NCBI GenBank assembly: GCA_951406725.2
Contig: OX597814.1
Coordinates: 113,398,001-113,462,000, forward strand
DNA length: 64,000 bases
From: Octopus vulgaris
Lineage: Eukaryota
Direction: 5' to 3'
Both the position numbers and the translations under genes were made by a program. Of the stretch, positions 26,796-40,498 are shown piece after piece; the first letter of the stretch is position 1; each line of letters opens with the position of its first letter. Under the pieces are notes generated by a model, which saw nothing but the letters and a program-made list of their open reading frames with translations, was not told the DNA's origin and did not search any database.

Positions 26796-27378
26796 AGTGA
26801 GAGTAACAGAGTAAATAGGATTTTCTGTTAAACATCGAATGGCTATGGGGGTCTAGTTGAGTAAAGTAGGAAATAAAGGGGTCCATAGGGGCTAAAAATA
26901 GTTGGGAACCACTTGAACTTTTGCTGTTAAACGTTGATCTGCGGTGAAAATCAAAATTTTCAGTACCAACAAACACCACCACCATCACTACCGATACCAC
27001 TACCACCAACACAGACTCAACTACAACCACAACTACAACCGCAACCACAACTACCGCTATCACTAACACTACGAACAACCACTACCGCATTACATCACTA
27101 CCTCTCACCACTACCCCTTCACTACTTTGCTACCGTTACGTGCAATGCTATTTATCAATCCGATGAAATATTTGGTACTAACGTTACTTTTATACTCTTG
27201 TCAAGACTTTGAAGCCCACTTCACATCATTCTCTCTCTCTCTCTCTCACACACACACACGCATACACACACACACCACTCAAACTCACACTCACACACAT
27301 ACAGATCTGCTTACAGACACAGACTCACACATTCTCAAGCATACATATACATCCACACACACAAGCACACAAACACAC

Positions 27379-27424
<46 letters not shown>

Positions 27425-27774
27425 ACATTCACACAAATAGACACATATAGGTACACACGTATATATATGCATTCACACACGCGCACACACATAGACAGAA
27501 ATAGATAAATACGCCCATCAGTTACACATACAAAAAACCCTTATAAACATACACACAAATAGGCATGCACATACTCCCACAAACCCATACACTCACACAA
27601 ATACACACACACACACATACAAAACTATACATGTACATATATATTCATATATATATACATATACATATATATACACATACACGCACAAACACACACAGAC
27701 AGTGACGTAAAGGCCTATATTATATATATATATATGTATGTATATGTATACACACATATATATATATACATACA

Positions 27775-27812
<38 letters not shown>

Positions 27813-27831
27813 TAAATACATACATATACAT

Positions 27832-27865
<34 letters not shown>

Positions 27866-29037
27866 TAGGTGTATGTCTATATCAGTTAATATGTTGAAGT
27901 TTATAAAATCACAAGTTTTTAGGGCAGTGGACCCGCCCTGAAATCTGAAGACGGGTATTATAATCTACCCTGATGTGGGTCGCGTTGGAAGAAATAATGG
28001 TTCTTCGTACTATGGAAGGGTAAATGGTATTTGAGTAAGAATAAGTAAAATGGCGCTTCGATTTGTGAGTCAAAGAGAGTAAGGTTAAGGAGTGCGTATG
28101 TATGTGTGTACGTATGTATGTATGTATGTATGTATGTATGTATGTATTTATGTATGTATGTATGTATGTATGTATGTATGTATGTATGTATGCATGTATG
28201 TATGTATATATGTATGTATGTATTTATGCATGTATGTATGTATGTATGCATGTATGTATTATGTATCTCTTCTCTCTGAATCTATCATCTATCAATCTAC
28301 CTACCTACCTACCTACCTACCTACCTACCTACCTATATGTCTGTCTATCTGTCTGTCTGTCTGTCCCTCTCTCTCTGTCTCTCTGTCTCTCTCTTTCTGT
28401 TCTGTATATAGACAAATTGGCAACTGATTTTCTGGGACACCTCTGATGAAACTCCAATAAAAATTGAAAATCGATTGAAGCAGTTCATCATTTATTGAAT
28501 CTACGGAGAAATACTTGAATTTGCTATGTACGTTTACCCCCCCCCCCACACACACACTCATATAGGTTTATATTTGTCTATTGCTTTCTTCTATAGGCAC
28601 AAGGCCTGAAGTTTTAGAGGATTCCATCCATCTCAGGGCTCCAGTGGTACTTAGCTTATTGACCCCGACAGGATGAAAAGTAAAATCGACTTCAACGGAA
28701 TTTGAAATCAAAAAGTAAAGATGGACGAACTACCACTAAACATTTTGCCCGGCGTGCACCAAACATAGAAAAAGAAACGAAAAATGAAAAAAAAAAGATT
28801 CGACTAAAATTCTTCACGGCGGTGCCCCAGCATGAACGCAGTCTACTGACTCAAACAAGTAAAAGAAAGAGATGGGCGCCTGTTAGAGGCCTGCGAAACT
28901 TTAAGTCGCATAAAACCGAACCAAGCTTTTTAAAAATGCTACATATAACTGCTACTATACATATATATATATGAGCGTGCGTATGTATGTATGTATGTAT
29001 GTATGTATGTATGTATGTATGTATGTATGTATGTATG

Positions 29038-29084
<47 letters not shown>

Positions 29085-29116
29085 TTTATTTAAAGCAGCA
29101 GAAAATTCAACAAAAC

Positions 29117-29154
29117 CTGTTACTCTGAGTTTCCCGTTGCCGTTCGTCGGACAG
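29117..29154 (-). ncRNA. Hammerhead-like motif with CCGACGA core (family 2, element 29084-29168)
   Basis: CUGU-CCGACGA-a-CG(GCAA)CG-g-GAAAC-UCAGA-GUA-ACAG; homologous to 3393-3471. Confidence 0.65.
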
Positions 29155-29165
29155 TTTTTGCTAGA

Positions 29166-29210
<45 letters not shown>

Positions 29211-29214
29211 GATA

Positions 29215-29250
<36 letters not shown>

Positions 29251-29558
29251 ATAAACGTCGCCCTTTTCAAGCCTAGCCAAGCTCGGACCCGGTTTCCTGG
29301 TTTCTGTGGCATATCTATTCCCCCCAGTTGGACGAGTCGCCAGTCCATCGCAGCGTTTCTCAAGAAACGGGAAGAGAGAGGGAGTGAGATAAAGTTGTGG
29401 CGAAAGAGTGCAATAGGGGTCATCACACCCCTGCTGGAGCCTCGTGGAGCTTTTAGGTGTTTTCGCTCAATAAACACACACAACGCCCGGTCTGGGAATC
29501 GAACCCGCGTTCCTCCGACCGCGAGTCCGCTGCCCTAACCACTGGGCCATTGCGCCTC

Positions 29559-29589
<31 letters not shown>

Positions 29590-29607
29590 ACACACATACA
29601 CACACAT

Positions 29608-29653
<46 letters not shown>

Positions 29654-29664
29654 TATATAGAAGG

Positions 29665-29715
29665 AGCTTCTACAGGACTAGTACTGTTTCATTCAAGAGA
29701 AATCTTCAGGAAGCT
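29665..29715 (-). ncRNA. Type I hammerhead ribozyme (mirror copy)
   Basis: Reverse complement of 30305-30355. Confidence 0.85.
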
Positions 29716-30304
29716 ATTTAACAAGAATTGTATTAGCATTTATACATTTAGGCAGGTTTAAAGGAGTGGTGGTGGGGGACTTTTTGGGGGTAGGCATAGC
29801 GCAAAATATCATACTTGGGGGAGTGGTCAAGGAGTCAGTGGTAAGTTAGATGAAAGAATAGATAAATAAAGAAATAAAAAAATAAAAAAATAAAAAAATA
29901 AAAAAAAAAAAAAAAAAAAATAAAAAGATAAAATAAAAGAATAAAAAAATAAAAAATATAAAAAATATATATAAAAAAATATATATATAAAATATATATA
30001 TAAAAAAATATATATATAAAAAAAGGGGGGATAGAGTTATAGGTAAATAAGGAGATTCTCACTTATACCTATACACACATGTATACGTATCTACACACAC
30101 ATACACACATACACATATATATACACACACATATATATATATATATATATTTATTTATCTATTCTTTCATCTAACTTACCACTGACTCCTTGACCACTCC
30201 CCCAAGTATGATATTTTGCGCTATGCCTACCCCCAAAAAGTCCCCCACCACCACTCCTTTAAACCTGCCTAAATGTATAAATGCTAATACAATTCTTGTT
30301 AAAT

Positions 30305-30355
30305 AGCTTCCTGAAGATTTCTCTTGAATGAAACAGTACTAGTCCTGTAGAAGCT
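30305..30355 (+). ncRNA. Type I hammerhead ribozyme with a full stem III
   Basis: AGCUUC-CUGAAGA-uUUC(UCUU)GAAu-GAA-ACAG(UACUAGUC)CUGU-A-GAAGCU. Confidence 0.85.
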
Positions 30356-30438
30356 CCTTCTATATAATAAATTAATTTTACTCTGCTATGTATTGAGTAC
30401 CTTACTTACTGTGGTTAACCCCGAATCAACCCGGGACC

Positions 30439-30504
<66 letters not shown>

Positions 30505-31150
30505 ATGTTATATATATATATATATAACATACACACACACACACACACACATATATATCACAGACATGCACCCTCACACACTCATACATACGCATTCTAT
30601 GGCTTCGTGACATTTCCCTCTTTCAGTAACAGCCACAACAACAAGCTCTCCCACTAAACGCAGGTGCTGAAGCCATTAGAAAGCATCTCGCTCAATGAAA
30701 ATGCAATACCATTGTCTTAGCCCTACCCCCGCCGTTACCTCAGCTTCTAATTGCTCTCCCCACCGACGCCGACGCCGCCGTTGCTTCAATCACCACCACC
30801 ATTTAATCCTTTTTAAAATGTCACATTCTTTTTCTTCCATTTTAAAAAGAAAAAAAAATTCTTCAAAATTGTTTCTATTACAGAAGAGCGCACTCTGTTG
30901 TTGATTGTTGTTGAAGCTGTTGCTGTTGGTCTTTTCCTTGTTGTTGTTGTTATCGTTATTGTTGATATTCGTGTATTGTAGATCACAGTAATAGATATAT
31001 ACAACTATTCTTCAATAATATATATACACAACCAGTTCTTCTGTAATTTATATATACAACAACGCTTTGAGACGTTTCAACAAAATCATAACTTTTCGTC
31101 ACTCAGTCAAAAACATGTCTTCGCAGACAGAACGTCCCATGTGGTTTTCA

Positions 31151-31237
<87 letters not shown>

Positions 31238-31354
31238 GCTATCTATGTCTGTCTGTATGTATGTATGTCTGTATGTCTGTATGTATGTATGTCTGTATGT
31301 CTGTCTGTATGTATGTATGTATGTATGTATGTATGTATGTATGTATGTCTGTCC

Positions 31355-31398
<44 letters not shown>

Positions 31399-31545
31399 GC
31401 CTGACTGTCCACCCATCCGTCTGTCTCTGTCTGTCCGTCTACCTATTCATCTATTTATCTATCTATCTGTCTGTCTGTCTGTCTGTCCGTCCATCTATCC
31501 GTCTGTCTGTCTGTCTACATATCTACCTACCTATCTATCTATCTA

Positions 31546-31765
31546 AGGCGGCGAGCTGGCAGAAACGTTAGCACGCTGGGCGAAATGCGTAGCTGTATTT
31601 CGTCTGCAGTTACGTTCTGAGTTCAAATTCCGCCGAGGTCGACTTTGCCTTTCATCCTTTCGGGGTCGATAAATTAAGTACCAGTTACGCACTGGGGTCG
31701 ACGTAATCCGTTTGTCTGTCCTTATTTGTCCCCTCTGTGTGTAGCCCCTTGTGGGTAGTAAAGAA

Positions 31766-31766
<1 letters not shown>
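31546..31766 (+). mobile_element. Family A SINE inside (TATC)n
   Basis: Full head and body between (CTAT)n tracts. Confidence 0.88.
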
Positions 31767-31847
<81 letters not shown>

Positions 31848-32079
31848 TTTCCCCTTACAGTTTCTCCAGGTCATTTTTCCCCACAATTTCTTCCCAATAT
31901 TCCATCCCTGGCATCCTGATCCCTTTACATTCCCTAAGCGATATTTCAAAACACTTTCCTTTCCACCAATCTTATAATTCCCTTATCCTTATTTCCATTC
32001 CGATCTCTTCCCACACAGATGCGGACACACACGTATATATGTATATTATTTCTATAATGCACTGTCGTATATATATACT

Positions 32080-32319
32080 CTTTACTCTTACTTGTTTCAG
32101 TCATTTGATTGCGGTCATGCTGGAGCACCGCCTTTAGTCGAGCAAATCTACCCCAGGACTTATTCTTCGTAAGCCTATTACTTATTCTATCGGTCTCTTT
32201 TACAGAACCACTAGGTTACGGGGTTACGGGGGCGTAAACACACCAGCATCGGTTGTCAAACACAGACACACAAACATATATATATATACACACACACACA
32301 AACACACACACACACACAC

Positions 32320-32364
<45 letters not shown>

Positions 32365-32535
32365 CATATATACGATGGGCTTCTTTCAGTTTCCGTCTAC
32401 CAAATCCTCTCACAAAGCTTTGGCCAGCCCGAAGCTATAGTAGAAGACACTTGCCCAAGGTGCCACGCAATGGGAATGAACCCGGAATCATGTGGTTGGT
32501 AAGCAAGCTACTTACCACACAGCCATTCCTGCGCC

Positions 32536-32536
<1 letters not shown>
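32080..32536 (-). mobile_element. Family B SINE, full length
   Basis: Reverse-complement match to 26395-26795. Confidence 0.88.
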
Positions 32537-32610
<74 letters not shown>

Positions 32611-33109
32611 ATATGTGTATAATTGTGCGTATTTGTGCGTGTGTGTGCATGTAGGGGTGTGTCTCTGTATACATACATACATAATCCATCCAACCATACA
32701 TACATAATCCATCCAACCATACATACATACATACAGAAGTACACACTCGCACACACACACACACAGATGTTTGCTTGGCTCTACGCCCGCTTTTCTACCA
32801 ATCTCTTCTTATTACATCGAGCCTCCTCAATTTTCCCTTCCATGCCAAATAAATAACAAACAAATACAACACAATACATTAACTAAACATGTAAGAAATC
32901 GTGTCTTTAAACAGCTTTTTTTGCTTCTCTTCTCTTGTTTTTGTTCCTGACAAACGAGTTTAGCATCGGAACAATGGCAGACGTATTCAACATTAAAGAC
33001 ACCTGATCTGGCAGGTGGCGACATCTAGCGGTGATAAAGAATTCTAAGATGAAAGAACGAAAAAAAAAAACTAAAATTATAACTATCATTAAGATAGCCA
33101 TCCTCTCCC

Positions 33110-33166
<57 letters not shown>

Positions 33167-33241
33167 CTCTCTGTTGCTTTCTCCGAGATATTGTTTTTTT
33201 ATCTTTTCATTAATTTTCCTTCTGTATACGTATGTGCGTGC

Positions 33242-33312
<71 letters not shown>

Positions 33313-33425
33313 TGTGTGTATAATATTTTCTGGTTTCATTCAACACTTGGATAAAGCTACTGTTTAGAATATTGTATACATAAATCGTATACGCATGCGT
33401 TTACACGTACACACGCACGCACAAG

Positions 33426-33511
<86 letters not shown>

Positions 33512-34189
33512 TGTATGTATGTATGTGTGAATGTGTGTTTATGTGCGTGTATGTGTGTGTGTATGTATATTTGGACAATGCTGTGCTGATGACGTCAACA
33601 GAGGTAGAAAACGTTGTGAACACCCGTTGTCAGCTTCACAATTATCTCTAAAAACAAAACCCAACAATATTCTCGTTTTCTTGATAATTTCATTCAAGAG
33701 ATAAATTATTGATTCTTAACAATTATCTCTCCTTCTTAACCAGAGCGGGTTTTAAGTACCGCTAGGTGTTTGTTTGGCCTCTCTCTAAGAGAAGATATTT
33801 TCTTTATCTGAAAAATTTATCCTGTATGTTACCTAATCAATCTTTTGGTACCTTTGTTGTTCAAATTCGTGGCACTGCCCACTCTCTTTGCTCATTTCCG
33901 TTGGAAGTGCTTCAAATTGAGGCCATCACGAACTTCATAGAAACTGCAACGAGAAATTGGCAATCCATTCTTCTGGTCCTCATGAAAATGCGTATAAGAT
34001 CTCTGTTAACGAGATGCTGGGGCATCACCTTGAATTATTTTAGTCAAACCAGTCGTCCACAGAACTTATTTTTAAAGCCACGTACATATTCTATCGGGCA
34101 CCATGGAATTGTACTTAGGAAGTTCCCTTCCGAGGCACAAGTCCGGGCAAGGCTTGTTTATGGAAGGATCGTTAAAAAAAGGGATCGTT

Positions 34190-34885
34190 AAAAAAAAAAG
34201 CCGATCAATAGGGATCGTGTATCATAGAAATGTCATGATGTAAAAAGGGGAAACAGATTAGGTTTATCCGTGGATAGAAAAGCCTACGGAAACGACCACG
34301 GGAATCTTGGACAATAGTGTCATGCCAAAAGAAAACACATTACAGTAAGTGGCTCTCTTTTTTCCTTTCGTCTCTTTTTTTTTTGTTCATAGGACTATGC
34401 TCAAGCTGGCTCCGTCAATCTCACGTGCCATCCTTGCTACATTTACCCATCTTTTTTTGAAAAATTCACTAGACAAAACTTCCCTCTCTATTCTCACCTT
34501 CCTCTTCAAATGATACTTGAAGAAGTTGATGAGAGACTGACCAGAGAGGAAAGTGTTTGTCTCTAGACCTTACAGACGTGTCCACCACACACATTCTTTC
34601 GCCATAGCCACAAGTACTATGAAAATAGCTCTTCCTTCCCGTTTCAAGGAAGGAGGCGTGACAGTATTCACGATAGACTCGGTTGATAAACTGACTCGTC
34701 CCACACACGATAGCAGTCGTTCGACATAAGCCCACAGGTCGGAAATGGTTGGACACTGCACGAGTGCGTGCAGAACTGTTTCGTCGATCTGACCGCATAT
34801 CGGGTAGATCGGCCCCATGTTTCTCGAGCCATGCCTGTAGAGCTTATCTCGATCGGGTAGGGCTTCTCGATAGCACTGCCACACA
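34190..34885 (-). pseudogene. L1/Tx1-type LINE 3' fragment (ORF2 zinc-knuckle region)
   Basis: REALPDRDKL...yPICGQIDETVLHALVQCPTISDLW...AKECVWWTR, a degenerate CxxC-x4-ET-xx-H-x4-C motif. Confidence 0.75.
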
Positions 34886-34898
34886 CGCACGCACACAC

Positions 34899-34962
<64 letters not shown>

Positions 34963-35681
34963 CGCAAACACACACAGAGATTTGTATACGAGGGGCTTCT
35001 TTTCATTCCTTTACTAAATCCACTCTACAAGGCTTTGATCGAGATGTGTTTTTAGTGCTTTGCTGATGCTTATTTTATCGACTCCGCAAGAGTGAAAGAA
35101 AAAAATTGACCTCGACAAGATTTGATCTCAACGCACAAGGGGTCAGATCCAGTTAAGCATTTTGTTCGGCGGGCTAACGATTCTGCCAGTTCGCCGCCTT
35201 TATGCCTTGAACATTTTGAACAAAGCCGACAATTTTGAAGGAAGGGGGTTTGTTGGTGCCATTAATATTAACACTTAACTGTTCGTTTTTTTTTAAAAAA
35301 TTTCAACTGTAGAAAAACGAAAGGCAAAACCAATCTCGGCTGAATTTGAGCTAGGATTGTAAAGTCAAATAACTAAATAGCTCAAAGCAGCCTCACAACC
35401 GCTCTGTCGATTCTGTCATCGGTGAATGACGTATTTCATATAACGATATTTAATTTTGAGGATGTTTCAGAGCAGAATCGTAAGAAAGCATGGAAGGATA
35501 TGAAAACAGAATGAGAAAATATTGAATGATTGATAAGGATATTTTCATTTAACCAGATTTACTCAGTCAAATGCTAAGCATATTTACTTACATCGTTTTC
35601 AATAAATCAAATATTATTTTGTAGCTTTGAGATTTCGATGAAGTGATCGTTTATTTTCAGAATGATATTGTAGGGTAGGAA

Positions 35682-36080
35682 GGCGGCGAGCTGGCAGAAA
35701 CGTTAGCACGCCGGGCGAAATGCTTATTTCGTCTGCCGTTACGTTGTGAGTTCAAATTCCGCCGGGGTCGACTTTGCCTTTTATCCTTTCGGGATCGATT
35801 AAATAAGTACCAGTTACGCACTGAGGGTCGATATAATCGACTTATCCGTTTGTCTGTCCTTGTTTGTTCTCTCTGTGTTTAGCCCCTTGTGTGTAGTAAA
35901 GAAATAGAATTAGGTATTTCGTCTGTCTTTACGTTCTGAGTTCAAATTCTGCCGTGGTCGACTTTGCCTTTCATCCTTTCGGGGTCGATTAATTAAGTAC
36001 GAGTTGCGTACTGGAGCCGATCTAATCGACTGGCCCCGCACCTTCAAAATTTCGAGCCTTGTGCCTAGAGTAGAGAAGGA
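35682..36080 (+). mobile_element. Family A SINE, dimeric body
   Basis: Same organisation as 15258-15640. Confidence 0.88.
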
Positions 36081-36545
36081 TATTGTATGGTAGGTGTGGT
36101 AGATCGGTTCTTGCCAGTTTGATCATAGAACAAGCGGAATATTAGGGCTAGATATGACTGCTAAACAACTAAGAGAAATGGAATAATTTTAGCTAGAATT
36201 GAAACCGGGTTTAGTCGGAGATCACGAGTACCTCCAAACACTCATTACCCCTACAGCAATGAGATAAGTCCTGGTGTTCACATATTTAAGAGAAAAAAAT
36301 AGCATTATTTATGATCTAAATATAAGATTTAAGGCGGGAGATGTACAGCGGTAGACGAACGATGTTGTCTGACGTTTCCATCTCTCACAAGGGTATATTA
36401 ATGGTTGAAAGTGAGCTTGCCTTTAACAGAACGGCAAAAGTCACTAGAATTTCAAGAGATAGACGAGGAAAATCTTGGTTTTGATCTGTGTAGTTAGGAG
36501 AAAAAAAATTATCTTGGCTAGAATCACGAAACTCAAAGGAGAACG

Positions 36546-36604
<59 letters not shown>

Positions 36605-37021
36605 GTATGTATGTATGTATGTATACAGACAGAGATTGCATTGTTCAAAATACGTTAGTTGTATCCACATCGCTAAATAAATTTCACCTCACCCAAAAAT
36701 TCATCTTCTTTTTGCCTGATAAGCTACGAAGTTGAACCGGAAGTCAGATATGATAAATATTAACACAAATAGTATTATAATTGTTTTCTTATAATTTCTC
36801 TGAGACATCTCTTCGTCGTCGTCGTCGCTGGAACAACATTTCACATAAACTTGCACGGCAGATGTTAAGATCTCTGAATGTTCAGCGGAATGGTATAGGC
36901 ATGCATACACTCACTCACCCACACTCACACTCCACCCCCCGCTCTCTACACAGATATGTGTGCTTCACTGTGCTTAAATTTATATGTGGATATACACATA
37001 TATATACACACATTCACAAAC

Positions 37022-37055
<34 letters not shown>

Positions 37056-37123
37056 AATGAAGTACCATTATGTTCAGCGTGCTTTCAACTCTAGATTATT
37101 AATACAGTCAAACGAGATTATAT

Positions 37124-37197
<74 letters not shown>

Positions 37198-37608
37198 ATA
37201 GGCAAATCAGAAATATAAAACAAAAACAGGGAAGAAACTCCACAAAAGTCAATTAGATGTACATAGGGAATATGTTAGATTGGTACTCAATGAAAGATTT
37301 AGATCGAAAAATAGAAGTGGAAATGACGTTTCCAGCATGGCTCTTTGTTGCATAGACGAGAAAGACTCGAAAGGAAGAAGATAGTCCACAGAAAAACTTG
37401 TATTCGTTACATGGCGCGAATAAACACACACATGCACACACACACATGAACACACACACACACACATACGCACACATATGCACAAACATATATATATTTC
37501 TATATCATATATAAACTAAATATGTATGTGCATCAATAAATATATATATATATGTATATATGCTTGTGTGCCTGTCTGTGTATGTGTGAAGGCACGTAGC
37601 CTAAGGGC

Positions 37609-37639
<31 letters not shown>

Positions 37640-37727
37640 AGAGTTTACGAAAAAAACATAAGACGAAGACAGGTGGTGTACAAAACAAACAGATGTATTA
37701 GTATAACGCTCAGGAATAGAAAAAAGT

Positions 37728-37763
37728 ATTTTACGTTTCGAGCCTACGCTCTTTTGCAGAAAG
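37728..37763 (-). ncRNA. Degenerate hammerhead motif (family 3, element about 37637-37817)
   Basis: CUUU-CUGCAAA-A-GAGC(GUAG)GCUC-GAAAC-GUA-AAAU; the core is damaged. Confidence 0.5.
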
Positions 37764-37815
37764 GGACACAGAAAAAACAAGGAGAGATACAAGGAGAGAA
37801 AAATGTGTGTAGTGG

Positions 37816-37866
<51 letters not shown>

Positions 37867-37869
37867 CAC

Positions 37870-38864
37870 CTTGTCCAGCTTATTAGATCACTCTACCAAA
37901 ACCAAGAGGCTAGAGTACGGACACCATATGGCGACACTGATTGGTTTGAGATTGGAAAAGGCACTCGGCAAGGTTGCATCCTGTCACCAACAGCCTTCAA
38001 TATGTACGCTGAAAAGGTCATGAGGAATGCAGGCTTGGAGGATAGCAGTATTGGAGTGAGGATTGGAGGAATAAATATTAATAACTTTCGCTATGCAGAT
38101 GATGCAACCCTGCTGGTGGAGAGTGGTAAGGATCTGGAGGATCTTGTCCTGCTGGTCAAGAAAGAGAGTGAGAAATTTGGGCTGTACCTCAATGTTAAGA
38201 AAACGAAGATCATGTCAACAGCAGCCACAACAAACATCAGCATCAAGATCGATAATGAAGAGATCGTAGTGGTTGATGATTTCATCTTCCTTGGCTCCAA
38301 AATAAATCGAGATGGTGACTGCACTCCAGAAATAAGACGGCGGATAGTACTAGGCAGAGAGGCAATGGTCAGCATGAGCAGGGTCTGGAAGAGTAGAGAC
38401 ATCAAACTCGCTACCAAATGCAGATTGGGAATGCAATTGTCTTCCTAATAGCAACATATGGATGCGAGACCTGGACACTAAAGAAAGCTGACCAAAAGAG
38501 AATTAATGCATTCGCGCTTTGGTGTTGGGGAAGACTTTTACGGATTCCATGGACAGCGAGGCTCACCAATGGAGAAGTTCTTAAGCAAATCAGGCCGAAA
38601 ATGTCGCTAGAAGCTAGGATCACCAAGCATAGATTGGCATATTTCGGTCATATTATGCGGAGAAAATCCCTGGAGAAGGACATCATGCTCGGAATGGTCA
38701 GTGGCAAGAGAGGAAGAGGCCGACCAAGAACCCGCTGGCTTGATACCATCAAGAGTGATTCCGGAATGGACATAGCCAATCTGAAAGAAGCGGCCCAGGA
38801 TAGAACTGACTGGAGGACACTGATCCAACGAGTAACCGAGAGTCGACTTCGACTGAGCGGATAG
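37870..38864 (+). pseudogene. 5'-truncated RTE (BovB-like) LINE reverse transcriptase, frameshifted
   Basis: GTRQGCILSP...NNFRYADD...GLYLNVKKTKIM...FIFLGS, a frameshift near 38430, then YGCETWT...RRLLRIPW-like, YFGHIMR, GKRGRGRPRTRWLD, DRTDWR. Confidence 0.95.
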
Positions 38865-39222
38865 AGAGATAGCATATATATATATGCACACATACACACT
38901 AGTAACCACATAAATGTAAAGAAAAGTAGAAAAAAGTAGTACTCAATTACCAAAGGTAGTCATATATTATTCGCCATGAAAAATTTCCCAGAGTAATTTC
39001 TTTTGTGTTATTACATATATATATGTATGTATGTATATATATATGTGCGCGCGTGCGCGTGTGTGCGTGTGTATTAATGTTTGTTTACATGATCAGTTAT
39101 AATAAAAACAATTTTACATTAATTTAATGGGTTTCTCTTAACTTTTGTAGAGTACAAATTTATTATTTCTTTTTTGTATTTGGTTTGCCAGATTCTTTAT
39201 GTGAATTCGTGTGTTGAAGTAT

Positions 39223-39422
39223 ATTTTATTGTGTCTGGGGAGAGTCTTTCTCTTTTAGCGCCTTATTAATTTAATAAATTCACTGGTCTGAAAATTTTAC
39301 ACACTTACCGGTCGGAAATTTTTGGTAAAAATAAATAAGTAAATGAATGAAAATCAGACCGGTGAGTGTGTTAAATTAATAAGGCACTAAAAGAGAATGA
39401 CCCTCCCGAGACACAATAAAAT
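39223..39422. repeat. ~69-bp-arm imperfect inverted repeat of an interspersed family
   Basis: Arms at 39223-39291 and 39354-39422; related single arm at about 60097-60160. Confidence 0.8.
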
Positions 39423-39635
39423 TCATTTTTTTAAAACAAGAGTATTATTGATACTGAGTTCCAAGATTCTGGCAGTTAAGCCACTGTGGGACTAACCAGC
39501 CGAAATTGCAAAGATAATCTTGAACACGACTGAGGAAAGAAAATTCCAAATGACTCGTCCTTGTTTTTTCTTGTCCCCTTTTTGTATCATCTAACTGTCT
39601 GGATGTTTTGCGTTCTTGTCCCATTTTTTGTATTC

Positions 39636-39706
<71 letters not shown>

Positions 39707-39711
39707 TGTAT

Positions 39712-40107
39712 GATGGTTGCCCCCTCGTTATCGAGTATGGCCATTGCATGAAGCTTAACTGTTACTGGTGCTGTGATCGAATGTGACTTTTTAGCCCAGC
39801 TAAAGACCTACAATGTCTTGTACAGAATTGGCAACTAAAATCTTTACCGGCAATAGCCGGCTGTAGTTGTAACTGGGCTTCATGTACCTTTGCATGTCGT
39901 TTAAGTCCTGCCGAATTACATTCTCTTCCACATGCCCGACAGATATGATTAGTATGGTGTGTTACACCACCACCAGTGGCCAGGTTGTCACTCATCTGTC
40001 TCGCTTTATGACTACGAAGGTGACTCTTGAGTCCAGCTTTACTGAGGCAGGGTCTTGCACAGACACTGCATGTCAGCATCATAGGAAGACCCTTCCCATC
40101 TGGAAGT
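39712..40107 (-). pseudogene. Triple C2H2 zinc-finger fragment, probably an RTE-like LINE C-terminus and 3' UTR
   Basis: CSVCARPCLSKAGLKSHLRSH, CRACGRECNSAGLKRHAKVH and CQFCTRHCRSLAGLKSHIRSQH; no TGEKP linkers; embedded in microsatellite. Confidence 0.7.
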
Positions 40108-40158
40108 ATATACATACATACATACATACATACATACATACATACATACATAGATACA

Positions 40159-40191
<33 letters not shown>

Positions 40192-40192
<1 letters not shown>

Positions 40193-40454
40193 ACTGAGAT
40201 TCAGTTGAATTAGGTACTTAAATTGAAGCACCAAGTCAGTTTGGTATTATCTGCACAACTCGAAGTAAGGTGAATAAAATCAAAATAAGGAATAGAATAT
40301 CAAGCCGTGATGCAGTACGACAGTTTCAAGTGACTCCATGACACTGAAGATGGCACTGCATTTAAATTGATGTAATGATTGCATTGTTTACTTAAATGGA
40401 GCCGCTTGAAACGGTCGTACTGCAGCACAGCTTGATATCCTGTTCCTTATTCTG

Positions 40455-40457
<3 letters not shown>
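40192..40457 (-). mobile_element. TA-flanked element with 56-bp inverted arms carrying HHR 3' halves
   Basis: Arms 40284-40339 and 40396-40451 each read GAAAC-(G/U)GUC-GUA-CUGCA on their own strand. Confidence 0.6.

Positions 40458-40498
<41 letters not shown>

Larger units (their letters stand above)
29649..30440 (+). mobile_element. Family 5 HHR element: ~220-bp inverted arms plus 3' tail, in (TA)n
   Basis: 29649-29870 is the reverse complement of about 30150-30371; tail at 30372-30440. Confidence 0.85.

Noticed and set aside
27944-27980. CTGAAGA followed by a GGGTA/TACCC hairpin
   Set aside because: No GAAA or stem III follows.
28441-28482. CTGATGA...GAAAATCGATT hammerhead-like words
   Set aside because: The cleavage position would be G and stem I does not pair.
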